In this document: piece by piece, positions 1 to 10,634 of the stretch | Layout: every line of letters starts with the position of its first letter | Position numbering within the stretch: the first letter of the stretch is position 1 | DNA from: Methanobacteriota archaeon | GTDB lineage: Archaea; Thermoplasmatota; E2; DHVEG-1 | NCBI GenBank assembly: GCA_963769885.1 | Contig: CAVYNH010000007.1 | Coordinates: 416,001 to 480,000, forward strand | DNA: 64,000 nucleotides | Direction of reading: 5' to 3' | The notes under the pieces: generated by a model | Database searches by the model: none | Seen by the model: only the letters and a program-made list of their open reading frames with translations | What the model was told of the DNA's origin: nothing | Position numbers and translations under genes: made by a program

Positions 1-36
1 CCGCTTGAGCAGGTTTTGATAATCAGCGTCGGTCAT
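1..36 (-). CDS. N-terminus of a gene running off the window edge (MTDADYQNLLKR...), possibly translation initiation factor aIF-2 beta
   Basis: ATG at 36 on the minus strand. The 12 visible residues resemble the M..DY..LL.RA start of archaeal IF-2beta, but this is too short to be sure. Confidence 0.3.
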   Translation of the reverse strand, partial: MTDADYQNLLKR

Positions 37-109
37 ACGCAAGCGGCAGATATGCCCAAAGTTGTTAAAAAGCTTCCGAAGAGAGACTCCTGGGATTTTC
101 TCGGCTTTT

Positions 110-244
110 TTATTCGGGCTTCGGCTGCGGGGCCAGGATGCCGATGACCAGGTAGCCGGCGCGCAGGGCTTTTTCTGCGATGTCGGCCTTGGTCGTCGTA
201 ACCTTCATGGCACCATCAGACCATTGCCATAGAAACTCTGGCAT
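110..244 (-). CDS. Small hypothetical protein, 44 aa (MPEFLWQWSDGAMKVTTTKADIAEKALRAGYLVIGILAPQPKPE)
   Basis: Below the ORF-track size cutoff. GGAGGAG RBS upstream of ATG, C-ending codon bias like its neighbours, TAA at 110-112. Confidence 0.55.
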   Translation of the reverse strand: MPEFLWQWSDGAMKVTTTKADIAEKALRAGYLVIGILAPQPKPE

Positions 245-381
245 GACATTCTCCTCCCCACCACTAGTCCCCTTGTTCTCTCTGAAGACCAGGGTTAGAT
301 TCCAGCAGGCCTGGGAGGTTTAAAAATGTTGCGAAAAAAAAAGACCAGGTACCGTCTCCTGAAGATTCAGGATTAGGTTGG

Positions 382-1965
382 TTATACCGTGGATGTGGGG
401 AGGGTTTTGACGAGGTATGGCCCGCGGTCGGTGAACCCGAGGCGTCGGTAGTAGGGCTTGACACCGACGCCGCTGAGGACGAACAGCCGGTGGGCATCGT
501 AGTCTTCCCGGGCAATGCACTCGGCTTCGGCCAGCAGGCGTCGACCGAGTCCTCGGTGTTGATACGTTATTCCGAGCGCATGACCGGTCAGTGGGACTTC
601 GCGACCCAGTACGCGCAGCTCCCTAATCATGAAACATGGCCCGGGGCTGAGCTCCGCTCGATATGGGTCGGAGATGATGCGCAGGCGGAGGTAGGCGTAA
701 AGCACGTTCTGAGAGGAATCAGTGAGGCTGATGAAGCGTTCCTCTCCGCTGCTGGCTTGGTAGGTTTCTTCTTCAAGTCTGAGGGTAGCAGCGGGTCCGG
801 GGTGGTCAGTTGGTTGATGGCCGATCTCGCGGCAGCGGATGCAGTGGCAAGTCTGACCGGTATGGTGGAGTTCGGCGGCGACGAGTTGGCGGAGGTTGCT
901 TTTGGTGATGCCGCCGTGAAGGCGTTGGATGGGGATGTCGCGTTGAATACGTTGGATACGGATCCAAAGCGGAATCTCGGCTTTGACGGCGGCGAGGAGG
1001 CGGACTGCGGATTGGGTCGTGAGGGGTTCAAAGTCGGGGTCGCGTGCGAGATCTGCGCCGTCGACGACGAGGGTCGGGTAGATTTTGAGCATGTCGGGCT
1101 TAAACCGGTCATCGGTAAACACAGTGCGGAACATATTCTTGTCTGTGATGGGGGTGGAGCCGGGGAGGCCGGGCATGAGATGGTAGCAGACTTTGAGGCC
1201 GGCGTCTTTGGCGAGGCGGGTGGCGGTGATGGAGTCAGTGACGGTGTGACCACGGTCCATTTTCGTCAGCAGGGTATCGTCGGTGGATTGGACGCCGAGT
1301 TCGACGCGGGTCGCGCCGTACGATAAAATACTGTGGATGTGGTGGAGTCGGAGCCAATCTGGTCTGGTTTCGATGGTGAGGCCGATGCAGCGTGCGGGGG
1401 CAGATTCGTTGGTCTGTTTGGCCTTAGCGAGTGTTGGGGAGTGGGTGCCGTTCATGGCGTCGTAGCAGCGGGTGACGAACCATTCTTGGTACCAGGGTGA
1501 TCGTGCGGTGAAGGTGCCGCCCATGATGATGAAGTCGATCTTGTCGGTGTCGTGGCCGATGGTGCGGAGTTGTTTGAGTCGGTTGGCGGTCTGTTGGTAG
1601 GGGTCGCAGTGGCAACTGATGGCGCGCATGGCGGCGGGTTCGTCGCCGGTATAACTCTGGGGGGTGTTGGTGGTGGGGCCGCCGGGGCAGGGGAGGCAGC
1701 GGCCGTGGGGGCAGTCGGCGGGGCTGGTCATGACGGCGGTGACGGCGACCCCGGAGAGGGTGCGGGTGGATTTAAGTCTGAGGAGTTGGAGGAGGTTGTC
1801 GTTGTCGAGGAGGTCATCGGGGAGGGCGGCGAGGATGTCGCTGTCTTGGGGGATGGTCGTGAGGCGGTATTTTTTGCAGAGGCGTACTTTGGCTTGTTGG
1901 AGCTGGTTTTTGGTCGTGATTTGCTCAGTGCGGAGCAAGGCGATGATGTCCTCGAAGAAGGTCAT
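382..1965 (-). CDS. elp3: tRNA uridine(34) acetyltransferase Elp3 (radical SAM + KAT domain)
   Basis: RTLSGVAVTAVMTSPADCPHGRCLPCPGGP radical SAM motif, GGTF, GLTIETRPD, RVELGVQS, and C-terminal QHRGLGRRLL..AE / SGVGVKPYYRRLG acetyltransferase motifs. Confidence 0.96.
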   Translation of the reverse strand: MTFFEDIIALLRTEQITTKNQLQQAKVRLCKKYRLTTIPQDSDILAALPDDLLDNDNLLQLLRLKSTRTLSGVAVTAVMTSPADCPHGRCLPCPGGPTTNTPQSYTGDEPAAMRAISCHCDPYQQTANRLKQLRTIGHDTDKIDFIIMGGTFTARSPWYQEWFVTRCYDAMNGTHSPTLAKAKQTNESAPARCIGLTIETRPDWLRLHHIHSILSYGATRVELGVQSTDDTLLTKMDRGHTVTDSITATRLAKDAGLKVCYHLMPGLPGSTPITDKNMFRTVFTDDRFKPDMLKIYPTLVVDGADLARDPDFEPLTTQSAVRLLAAVKAEIPLWIRIQRIQRDIPIQRLHGGITKSNLRQLVAAELHHTGQTCHCIRCREIGHQPTDHPGPAATLRLEEETYQASSGEERFISLTDSSQNVLYAYLRLRIISDPYRAELSPGPCFMIRELRVLGREVPLTGHALGITYQHRGLGRRLLAEAECIAREDYDAHRLFVLSGVGVKPYYRRLGFTDRGPYLVKTLPTSTV

Positions 1966-2022
1966 AGGGTGACGGGGTGGTGATGGGTGGGGGTGCTACT
2001 AAAAACTATTGGTGGATGTGGG

Positions 2023-4869
2023 TTAGGTGTCCCAGAAGCCTCGGGTGCGGGCGTATTGGAGTTCGGCTTGGAGGATGTCGCGGAAGAATTTGACTTCGAG
2101 GTCCTCGGATTTTTTGAGTTCGAGTTTGGTGAAGCGGCTGAGGATGCGGGCGGCGGTGTCGGGGCCGACGCCGCGGGCGGCGAGGGCGTAGACCGCGTAT
2201 TTGCCGTAGGTGAGGATGAGGCTGGCGTTTTTGTTGAGGCGTTTGAGTTCTTTGAGGTCGGCGGTGGTGCGGTGGTGTTTGGTGAGGACGTGTGCTTGGT
2301 CGCCGTGGTAGCGGCGGAGCATGGCGATTTTGATGGCGCCGCAGCGGTGGCATTTGGGTTGGAGGGGGAGGCGGCCGACGAAGGTGTTCCATTGGTTGTG
2401 GCAGTTGAGGCAGACCATGGTGATGTCGGCGTCTTCGATGCGTTTTTTGAGGGCCATTAGGATGCTGCGGTCGGGGCGGAGGGGGACCATGAGGCCGCGG
2501 ATGGTTTCGAAGCCGGCGAGGCTCATGGGGGAGAGGCCGTGGTGGGTGTGGAGGGTGATGTCGCCGCGTTGGACAGCTTCGAGGATGTCTTTGGTGCGTG
2601 GGACGTCCATGTTTTCCCAGAGGATTTTTTCCATGGCTTCGTCGAGGACGAGGGAGTGTTCGAAGAGGCCGAAGAGGCGTTTGACGCCGATGTTTCTGTA
2701 GTCGAAGCCTTTGCGCAGCGCGCCGAATTTTCTGGCGACATGGATGAGCTGCCAGCGGAGGTATGTGGAGTTGCGCAGGACGGTTTCCATGAGATAGGGG
2801 AGGGTGCCGGGATGGGTGGTCTGCAGGAGTTCGATGATGCGGTCCGGGGGGAGCCGGGCGGGGATTTCGAGGTTGATGCGGTAGGCGTCGCTGTTGATGC
2901 CGATGCTTTCGCCGAGCATCTGGGCGAGGATGGCGCTGATGAGGCGGCCGAGGGTCTCGTTGACTTTGGTGCCGAGGCAGGCGTTGATGACGACGTTGTG
3001 GTCTTCGGCGTCGATGGTGATGGTGCGGTCGTCGGGGAGGAGGAAACCGAGGCGCTGTTGCGTCTGGGCGTAGTCTCGGATCTTGTCGATGAGGCCGGGG
3101 TCGCAGGGGTAGTTGGTGATGGGGGCGGTGCTGGCGGCTTGTCTGCGGAGTTGGCCGACTTCGTGGGCGACGTCGTAGGGGACGGGGATCTCTTCGCCGA
3201 TCCAGCTGGGGACGGAGCCGATTTCTTTGACTTGGGTGACGAGGATGGTGTCTTCTTCGCGTTTGACGATGACCCAGGGGCGGCCGCGGAGGATGAATTT
3301 CTCGCCTTCGAAGCCGGAGCTGAGGACGAAGCTTTCGTCCAGCGTACCGATGGCTTTACGCGTGCTGATGTCGATGACGGGGTAGGTGACCTCGTCGGGG
3401 ATCATGGAGATGTTGTCGAGGAAGTAGGTGCGGCTGTTCATCTTTTTGGCGAAGACGCGGGTGCCGGCCTCGTCCTCGATCCAGATGGTCCTGTGGTCTT
3501 TGAGCTGGGTGCTGAGCAGGGTGAACATCTCTTTCGTGAGGCTATGGAAGCTGTAAGCCCTTGTGATAATGTCGTAGGCTTTCTGTTCGGGGATGCGGCC
3601 GTATTCGAGGACGAGGCTAATGATTTGGTTGGTGAGAACGGTGAGGGGGTTTTGACGGACCGAGTAACGTTCGAGGTCGCCGGCGAGGGCGCGGCGGGCG
3701 ATGACGAGGCTTTCGGCGAGGTCTTCGGGGTTGGTGGCGAGGATGACGCCGGTGCTGGTGCGACCGACGCGGTGGCCACTGCGACCGACGCGTTGGACGA
3801 TGCGGGTGACCTCGCGGGGGGAGTTGTACTGGATCACGAAGTCGGTGTCGCCGACGTCGATGCCCAGCTCGAGTGAAGAGGTGCAGATGAGAGCTTTGAG
3901 CTGGCCTTTTTTGAAGGCGTCTTCGGCTTCGACTCTGGCGATTTTAGAGAGGGAGCCGTGGTGGACACCGATGGCGAGGCCGGGGTTCCATTGGTGGAAG
4001 CGGGAGGCGAGGATCTCGGCGCCGTCTCGGGTATTGATGAAGAGGAGGGTGCTGACGTGGGTGTCGATGAGCTCTTTACAGCGGCGGAGGAGCGCGGCGG
4101 AGGTGGGCTCAATGTGGAGGGTGTGGGCGAGGTGGTCGTCGGCGGTGGTGGGCTGGGGCATTTCGACGGTGAGGTCGATGTGTTTGGTAACGTCGACTTC
4201 AAGGATGGTGACAGGGCGGAAGCCTTTAGTGGTCTGGCCGCCGAGGAAGCGGGCGACCTCGTCGGGGAGTCCGACGGTGGCGGAGAGACCGACGCGCTGG
4301 AAGCCGTAGGTGGTGTCTTTGACGATTTCTTCGAGGCGTTCGAGGCCGACGGCGAGCTGGGCACCGCGTTCGTCGGTGGCGAGCTCATGGACTTCGTCGA
4401 CGACGACCCAACGGACGGCTTTGAGGTGGCTACGCAGTCGTTTGCCGGTGAAGAGGATCTGGAAAGTCTCCGGGGTGGTGATGAGCATGTCTGGAGGGCG
4501 CTGGGATTGTTTGAGACGTTCGGCTTGGGGGGTGTCGCCGTGGCGGACGGCGATGCTGATGCCCAGTGTCTTTGCTTCGTCGAATGTGCGGTGGAGCATG
4601 TCGCGGTTCAGTGCGCGCAGCGGTGTAATATAAAGAATGGAGATACCCTTGTGCCGTTCCGGGTCGTCCTTGATGGCGAGGAATTGATGGAAGATGGGGA
4701 GGAGCGCGGCCTCGGTTTTCCCAAGTCCGGTGGGGGCGATGAGGAGGATGTTGAGACCGTGGAGGATTTCGGGGATGGCCTTGATTTGGGGTTCCGTGGG
4801 TGCGCTGATGTGACGGGCGGAAAGGAGCGGGTGGATGCGGGGGTCGAGGAGGTCGAAGACGCTGGTCAT
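2023..4869 (-). CDS. lhr: ATP-dependent DEAD/DEAH-box helicase, Lhr family
   Basis: APTGLGKT Walker A, TPLRALNRD, DEVH, GLSAT, HHGSLS, TSSLELGIDVG, QRVGRSGH; C-terminal CxxC...CxxC zinc site. Confidence 0.94.
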   Translation of the reverse strand: MTSVFDLLDPRIHPLLSARHISAPTEPQIKAIPEILHGLNILLIAPTGLGKTEAALLPIFHQFLAIKDDPERHKGISILYITPLRALNRDMLHRTFDEAKTLGISIAVRHGDTPQAERLKQSQRPPDMLITTPETFQILFTGKRLRSHLKAVRWVVVDEVHELATDERGAQLAVGLERLEEIVKDTTYGFQRVGLSATVGLPDEVARFLGGQTTKGFRPVTILEVDVTKHIDLTVEMPQPTTADDHLAHTLHIEPTSAALLRRCKELIDTHVSTLLFINTRDGAEILASRFHQWNPGLAIGVHHGSLSKIARVEAEDAFKKGQLKALICTSSLELGIDVGDTDFVIQYNSPREVTRIVQRVGRSGHRVGRTSTGVILATNPEDLAESLVIARRALAGDLERYSVRQNPLTVLTNQIISLVLEYGRIPEQKAYDIITRAYSFHSLTKEMFTLLSTQLKDHRTIWIEDEAGTRVFAKKMNSRTYFLDNISMIPDEVTYPVIDISTRKAIGTLDESFVLSSGFEGEKFILRGRPWVIVKREEDTILVTQVKEIGSVPSWIGEEIPVPYDVAHEVGQLRRQAASTAPITNYPCDPGLIDKIRDYAQTQQRLGFLLPDDRTITIDAEDHNVVINACLGTKVNETLGRLISAILAQMLGESIGINSDAYRINLEIPARLPPDRIIELLQTTHPGTLPYLMETVLRNSTYLRWQLIHVARKFGALRKGFDYRNIGVKRLFGLFEHSLVLDEAMEKILWENMDVPRTKDILEAVQRGDITLHTHHGLSPMSLAGFETIRGLMVPLRPDRSILMALKKRIEDADITMVCLNCHNQWNTFVGRLPLQPKCHRCGAIKIAMLRRYHGDQAHVLTKHHRTTADLKELKRLNKNASLILTYGKYAVYALAARGVGPDTAARILSRFTKLELKKSEDLEVKFFRDILQAELQYARTRGFWDT

Positions 4870-4943
4870 TGTGGTGCTGGGTGGGTGCTATCTGGGTTGG
4901 TTTAATTGAATGTTTGCTCACTTTGGAGAAAAGAGGAGAAAGG

Positions 4944-4968
4944 ACCCCCGGTTGAACAACAGGGGGGT
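4944..4968 (-). terminator. Hairpin downstream of alba, terminator-like
   Basis: ACCCCC-G-GTTG-AA-CAAC-A-GGGGGGT inverted repeat followed on the minus strand by a pyrimidine tract. Confidence 0.5.
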
Positions 4969-4977
4969 GTTTGTTTT

Positions 4978-5289
4978 TTATGGTTTTTCGATGCTGAGGC
5001 AGATTTCGATGGAGGAGACGTTGGATTTTTTGCCGTCTTCGCTGACGACGGCTTCGGTGCCGATGTCGATGGTTTTGACGGTGGCGTTGGTAATGAAGCG
5101 GTTGCGGGCGATCTCGGCGGCGTCGACGGCGCGGCTGATGGCGTTGCCTCGTGCTTTCAGGAGGACTTCGGTGTGTTCACCGGAGTTGAGGACGGCCATG
5201 ATGGCGGAGACGTAGTTCATAGGCGGCTTGTTGCCGACGTAGATGACGTTTGAGTTGATGTCTTCCTCGGTTCTTTCGTGAGTGCTCAT
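4978..5289 (-). CDS. albA: DNA/RNA-binding chromatin protein Alba
   Basis: [39 protein letters not shown] signature. Confidence 0.97.
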   Translation of the reverse strand: MSTHERTEEDINSNVIYVGNKPPMNYVSAIMAVLNSGEHTEVLLKARGNAISRAVDAAEIARNRFITNATVKTIDIGTEAVVSEDGKKSNVSSIEICLSIEKP

Positions 5290-5390
5290 TGGTCTCTCCC
5301 CTGGAGAATATTGCTCCTGGATTCAGATGTAAGTACGGGTGAAGAGGACTCTTCGTTATTTAAAGATTGTGATTTTTACAGGAGTGGGAG

Positions 5391-5675
5391 TTAGGTGTAG
5401 TAGTGGTCGGTGTCCTTTTTTTCTTCTTCTTTGGCGAAGTCTTTGTGGTCGTAGAGGTCGATGGCGAGGATGGCGTGGAGGGGGATGATGCGGAGTTTGC
5501 CTTTGTCTTGGCCGTGGGTCTCGCCGAGTTCCATGAGAAGACCGGCTTCTTCGATGCCGATGTTGGCGTACCCTTTGAAGATGCCTTCGGTCTCCAGGGC
5601 GCTATCTCGTGCACCGATGGAGGTGATCTTGTAGTGGGATTCTTCGACGAGTTTTAACTCTTCTCTCTTGGTCAT
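5391..5675 (-). CDS. Conserved hypothetical protein, possibly Sm/SH3-like beta fold with acidic/basic tail
   Basis: Coding-like codon bias, ATGA overlap with the upstream HTH gene, beta-rich pattern (EGIFKGY...RIIPLHAILAID). Confidence 0.7.
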   Translation of the reverse strand: MTKREELKLVEESHYKITSIGARDSALETEGIFKGYANIGIEEAGLLMELGETHGQDKGKLRIIPLHAILAIDLYDHKDFAKEEEKKDTDHYYT

Positions 5676-6124
5676 GGTGTCCCTTTCCGCTGTTGTTCTA
5701 AGAGCGTCTGGAGGTGTTCGACGGTTTTGCCGTAATTCTCCACCGCTACTTTAATGTGTGCTTCGACGAAGTTCCAGGCTTTCTGGAGGTTGCCGTACCG
5801 GAGTCGGTAGCCTTTCTTCTGCTGCTGGGTGGCGTCGTCGTAGACGCTGAGTTCTTCGAGGATGTCCAGGCCTTTGAGCTTGTTGAGGTGACGATAGACT
5901 GTAGGCCGGGAGGTTTTGAGTGCGCCGGCGATGTCGTCGACGAACCAGGCCTTAGTGGGTTGCTTAAGGAAGAAGTCGACGAAAATCTTGTAGGGCAGGG
6001 TCGGGTCCGAGCCTTTACTGAGGTATCCTATCTGTTCGAAGAACATGCGTGCGGCGATGTCGAAGTCCTCTTCCCCATTTAATGGGGTGTTGCTAACGAC
6101 TTGAAGTTCAAACGGCATTCCCAC
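5672..6124 (-). CDS. Winged helix-turn-helix transcriptional regulator (ArsR/TrmB-like)
   Basis: VDDIAGALKTSRPTVYRHLNKLKGLDIL HTH followed by a wing (KKGYRL). Confidence 0.85.
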   Translation of the reverse strand: MGMPFELQVVSNTPLNGEEDFDIAARMFFEQIGYLSKGSDPTLPYKIFVDFFLKQPTKAWFVDDIAGALKTSRPTVYRHLNKLKGLDILEELSVYDDATQQQKKGYRLRYGNLQKAWNFVEAHIKVAVENYGKTVEHLQTLLEQQRKGTP

Positions 6125-6219
6125 TCCTCACCGGAAGGGAATAGTTTGAGGAGTTAAATAGGTTTCGTGACGTAGAAAAGGTCGGGGGATGAATCGCCCC
6201 TAGGTAGGATGGGGAGAAT

Positions 6220-7581
6220 TTAGAGGACGTGGAAGTACCGCGCGGTCTCCCAGGCGGTGACCTGCATTTGGTACTCCTCCCATTCCGTGCGCTTGATTGC
6301 TATGAAGTTTTCGAAGACGTTGCTGCCTAGGGCGTCCCTGATGAAAGTGCTCTTCTGCATGATCTCCAGGGCATGGCCGAGGCTTTCGGGGAGCTGGCCG
6401 ATGCCGTACGATGCCCGTTCCTTGGGGGTCAGTGCGTAGATGTTACGTTCGACGGGTTCCGGGGCTTTGAGTTTGCGTTTGATACCGTCAAGGCCGGCGG
6501 CGATCATGACGGTGTAGGCGAGGTAGGGGTTGCAGGCGACGTCTGGGTTGCGCAGTTCGATACGCGTCGCCTGTCCACGGTTCGCTGGGATGCGGATGAG
6601 GGAGCTGCGGTTGCGGTTCGCCCAGCAGATATAGGTGGGGGCTTCGTAGCCGGGGACGAGGCGTTTGAAGGAGTTCACGGTCGGGTTGAGGACGGCGCAC
6701 ATCTCCCGGGAATGGGTGAGGAGCCCGGCGAGGAATGAGTACGCAAGCGGGCTGAGTTTGTGCTTGTCTCCTGGGTCATAGAAGGCGTTCTTGCCGGCTG
6801 GCGTGCACATCGAAATGTGGGTATGCATCCCTGAGCCGTTCGTCCCAAAGAGGGGCTTGGGCATGAACGAGGCGTACAAACCATGGCTGTCAGCGATGAT
6901 TTTACTCACGTATTTCAAGGTGATGACGCGCTCCGCTGTCGTGAGTGGGTCGGCGTAGTTGAAGTTGATCTCCTGCTGTCCGGGGGCGACCTCATGGTGC
7001 GTGGTGTAGATCTCGAGGCCGAGCTGCTGCAATGCCATGGCGATGTCCGCCCGGACGGTTTCTGCCAGGTCACGGTGGGAGAGGTCGAAGTAGCCGGCGT
7101 TGTCATGCGGCAGCAAGGTCGGACCGTCGCTGTTTCGCTGGAAGAGGAAGAATTCGCATTCAGAGCCGGTATTGCAGCGGTACCCGAGTTTGTCCGCCTT
7201 TTGCAATATCTGTTGTAGTACGTATCGGACGTCGCCGGGGAAGCGTTGTTTTCCGTCCTGTTCATAGATGTCGCAGCTGATTTTCGCGGTCTTCCGTGGC
7301 TCGATGCTCTCAGGGATGATGCTGAAGCTGGCGGGGATTGGGCGGATGACCTTGTCTGATTCTTCGATGTTGGCACAGCCGATGATGGACGAGGCGTCGA
7401 ACGGGATCCCGTTGTCCAACGCGTCCTTGAGGAGTCCTGAGGGGATGACGAGGTTGCGCGGCATCCCGAGAAGGTCGACGAACTGGAGGCGGATGAACCG
7501 GATGTTCTCATGGGCAACAGTCGATAGGATAGAGTCCGCAGTCCAGAATTCAGCCGATTTCGTCGACGTTACGTTTTTCAT
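6220..7581 (-). CDS. glnA: Glutamine synthetase type I
   Basis: IRFIRLQFVD, ECEFFLF, HHEVAPGQQEINF, GSGMHTHIS, NSFKRLVPGYEAP, NRSSLIRIP, RIELRNPD. Confidence 0.96.
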   Translation of the reverse strand: MKNVTSTKSAEFWTADSILSTVAHENIRFIRLQFVDLLGMPRNLVIPSGLLKDALDNGIPFDASSIIGCANIEESDKVIRPIPASFSIIPESIEPRKTAKISCDIYEQDGKQRFPGDVRYVLQQILQKADKLGYRCNTGSECEFFLFQRNSDGPTLLPHDNAGYFDLSHRDLAETVRADIAMALQQLGLEIYTTHHEVAPGQQEINFNYADPLTTAERVITLKYVSKIIADSHGLYASFMPKPLFGTNGSGMHTHISMCTPAGKNAFYDPGDKHKLSPLAYSFLAGLLTHSREMCAVLNPTVNSFKRLVPGYEAPTYICWANRNRSSLIRIPANRGQATRIELRNPDVACNPYLAYTVMIAAGLDGIKRKLKAPEPVERNIYALTPKERASYGIGQLPESLGHALEIMQKSTFIRDALGSNVFENFIAIKRTEWEEYQMQVTAWETARYFHVL

Positions 7582-7774
7582 CTATAAAACCTCCACCCGA
7601 AAGAGCATACTTCATCCCGTATGGACGCACGCCCTTTTTTAATTTCCGAAACAGCTGATTCCCCCCCTGCTTCGTCGCCTCCTCGCGTACGGACATTTTT
7701 CGAGGAAAAAATGACGAAGAGGACAGGAGGAGGGCCCCCGTTGCTCGAAATTACAATCCTTCGCAAACTATTAA

Positions 7775-9160
<1,386 letters not shown>

Positions 9161-9298
9161 ACCCCTCTCCCTTCTTTTTCCCCTTTTTTCCCTTTTATTT
9201 TAATCTTCCTACCCTTATCCTGGCGCAACAAGCGATTGTTTTATATCGGAGTCTAAGATATCGGTTCATCCCATTCAACCACAAGGAGTGGATGATTT

Positions 9299-10621
9299 AT
9301 GGCAACAAAAACTGTGACTGTCCCAAAGGCGCCCAAACCCGAAGGGTTCAACCCTTTCAAAATGGCCCAGCAGCAATTCGACCGCATCGCAGATAAACTC
9401 GGCTTAGACCAACCAACACGGGATCTCCTCCGCGAGCCTCTCCGTGAATATCATTTCTCGATCCCAATCCGAATGGACGACGGTACCATGAAAGTCTTCC
9501 ATGGCTTCCGCGTCCAACACAACGACGCCCGCGGCCCCTGCAAGGGCGGCATCCGCTTCCACCCCCAAGAGACCATCGACACCGTCAAAGCCCTGGCCAT
9601 GTGGATGACCTGGAAATGCTCCGTCGCGGACATACCGCTGGGCGGCGGCAAGGGCGGCGTCATCTGCGACCCGCACAACCTCTCCGAAAAAGAGCAGGAA
9701 CGCATCTGCCGCGGTTGGGTCCGTCAGATTGCTCGCGACATTGGGCCTTACCAAGATGTACCAGCCCCTGACGTCATGACCAGCGGCCAGCACATGATCT
9801 GGATCATGGACGAGTTCCAGACCCTCTCCCACGGGGAGTTCCAACCTGGCGTCATCACCGGCAAGCCCGTCGGGCTCGGCGGCTCCCGAGGCCGGACCGA
9901 GGCGACCGGGTACGGTTTAATCTACATCCTTCGTGAAGTCCTCAAAGAGCTGAAGATGGACGTCACTAAGACCACCGCCTCCGTGCAGGGCTTCGGTAAC
10001 GTCGCCCGCTACGCCGCGGAGCTGTACTCGCAGTACGGCGGTACGGTCTTCTCCGTTTCCTGCTGGGACCAAAACGACGCCACCAGCTACGGCTTCTACA
10101 AGAAAAACGGCATCAACCTCGAGGAGCTCTTGAAAATCACGGACCGCTTTGGCACCATCGACAAGGATAAGGCGCAGAAACTCGGCTATCAGATCACCCC
10201 CGGCGACGACTGGCTCACCCATGACGTCGACATCCTCATCCCCGCGGCACTTGAAAACTCCATCACCGCGGAGAACGTCGGCAAGATCAGCCCCAAAGTC
10301 AAAATCGTCATCTGCGGCGCGAACGGCCCCGTCACCCCCGAAGCAGAGGACGCCCTCGACAAACGCGGCGTCACCGTCATCCCCGACTTCCTCGCCAACG
10401 CCGGCGGCGTCGTCTGCAGCTACTTCGAACAAGTCCAAAACAACCAAAACTACTACTGGACCAAGGAAGAAGTCCTCGGCAAACTCGACAACAAGATGAC
10501 CGACGCCTTCTACCACGTCTGGGACCTCTCCCAGCGCAAAAAAGTCCGCATCAGCGACGCAGCCTACATGATCGCCATAAACCGTGTCGCCGAAGCCTGC
10601 AAGATGCGCGGCTGGGTCTAA
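9299..10621 (+). CDS. Second glutamate dehydrogenase (Glu/Leu/Phe/Val dehydrogenase family)
   Basis: HNDARGPCKGGIRFHP, MTWK, GGGKGG, DVPAPDV, ITGKPVGLGGS.GRTEATGYG, QGFGNVA, PDFLANAGGV. Confidence 0.94.
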   Translation: MATKTVTVPKAPKPEGFNPFKMAQQQFDRIADKLGLDQPTRDLLREPLREYHFSIPIRMDDGTMKVFHGFRVQHNDARGPCKGGIRFHPQETIDTVKALAMWMTWKCSVADIPLGGGKGGVICDPHNLSEKEQERICRGWVRQIARDIGPYQDVPAPDVMTSGQHMIWIMDEFQTLSHGEFQPGVITGKPVGLGGSRGRTEATGYGLIYILREVLKELKMDVTKTTASVQGFGNVARYAAELYSQYGGTVFSVSCWDQNDATSYGFYKKNGINLEELLKITDRFGTIDKDKAQKLGYQITPGDDWLTHDVDILIPAALENSITAENVGKISPKVKIVICGANGPVTPEAEDALDKRGVTVIPDFLANAGGVVCSYFEQVQNNQNYYWTKEEVLGKLDNKMTDAFYHVWDLSQRKKVRISDAAYMIAINRVAEACKMRGWV

Positions 10622-10634
10622 AACAACCGCGACT

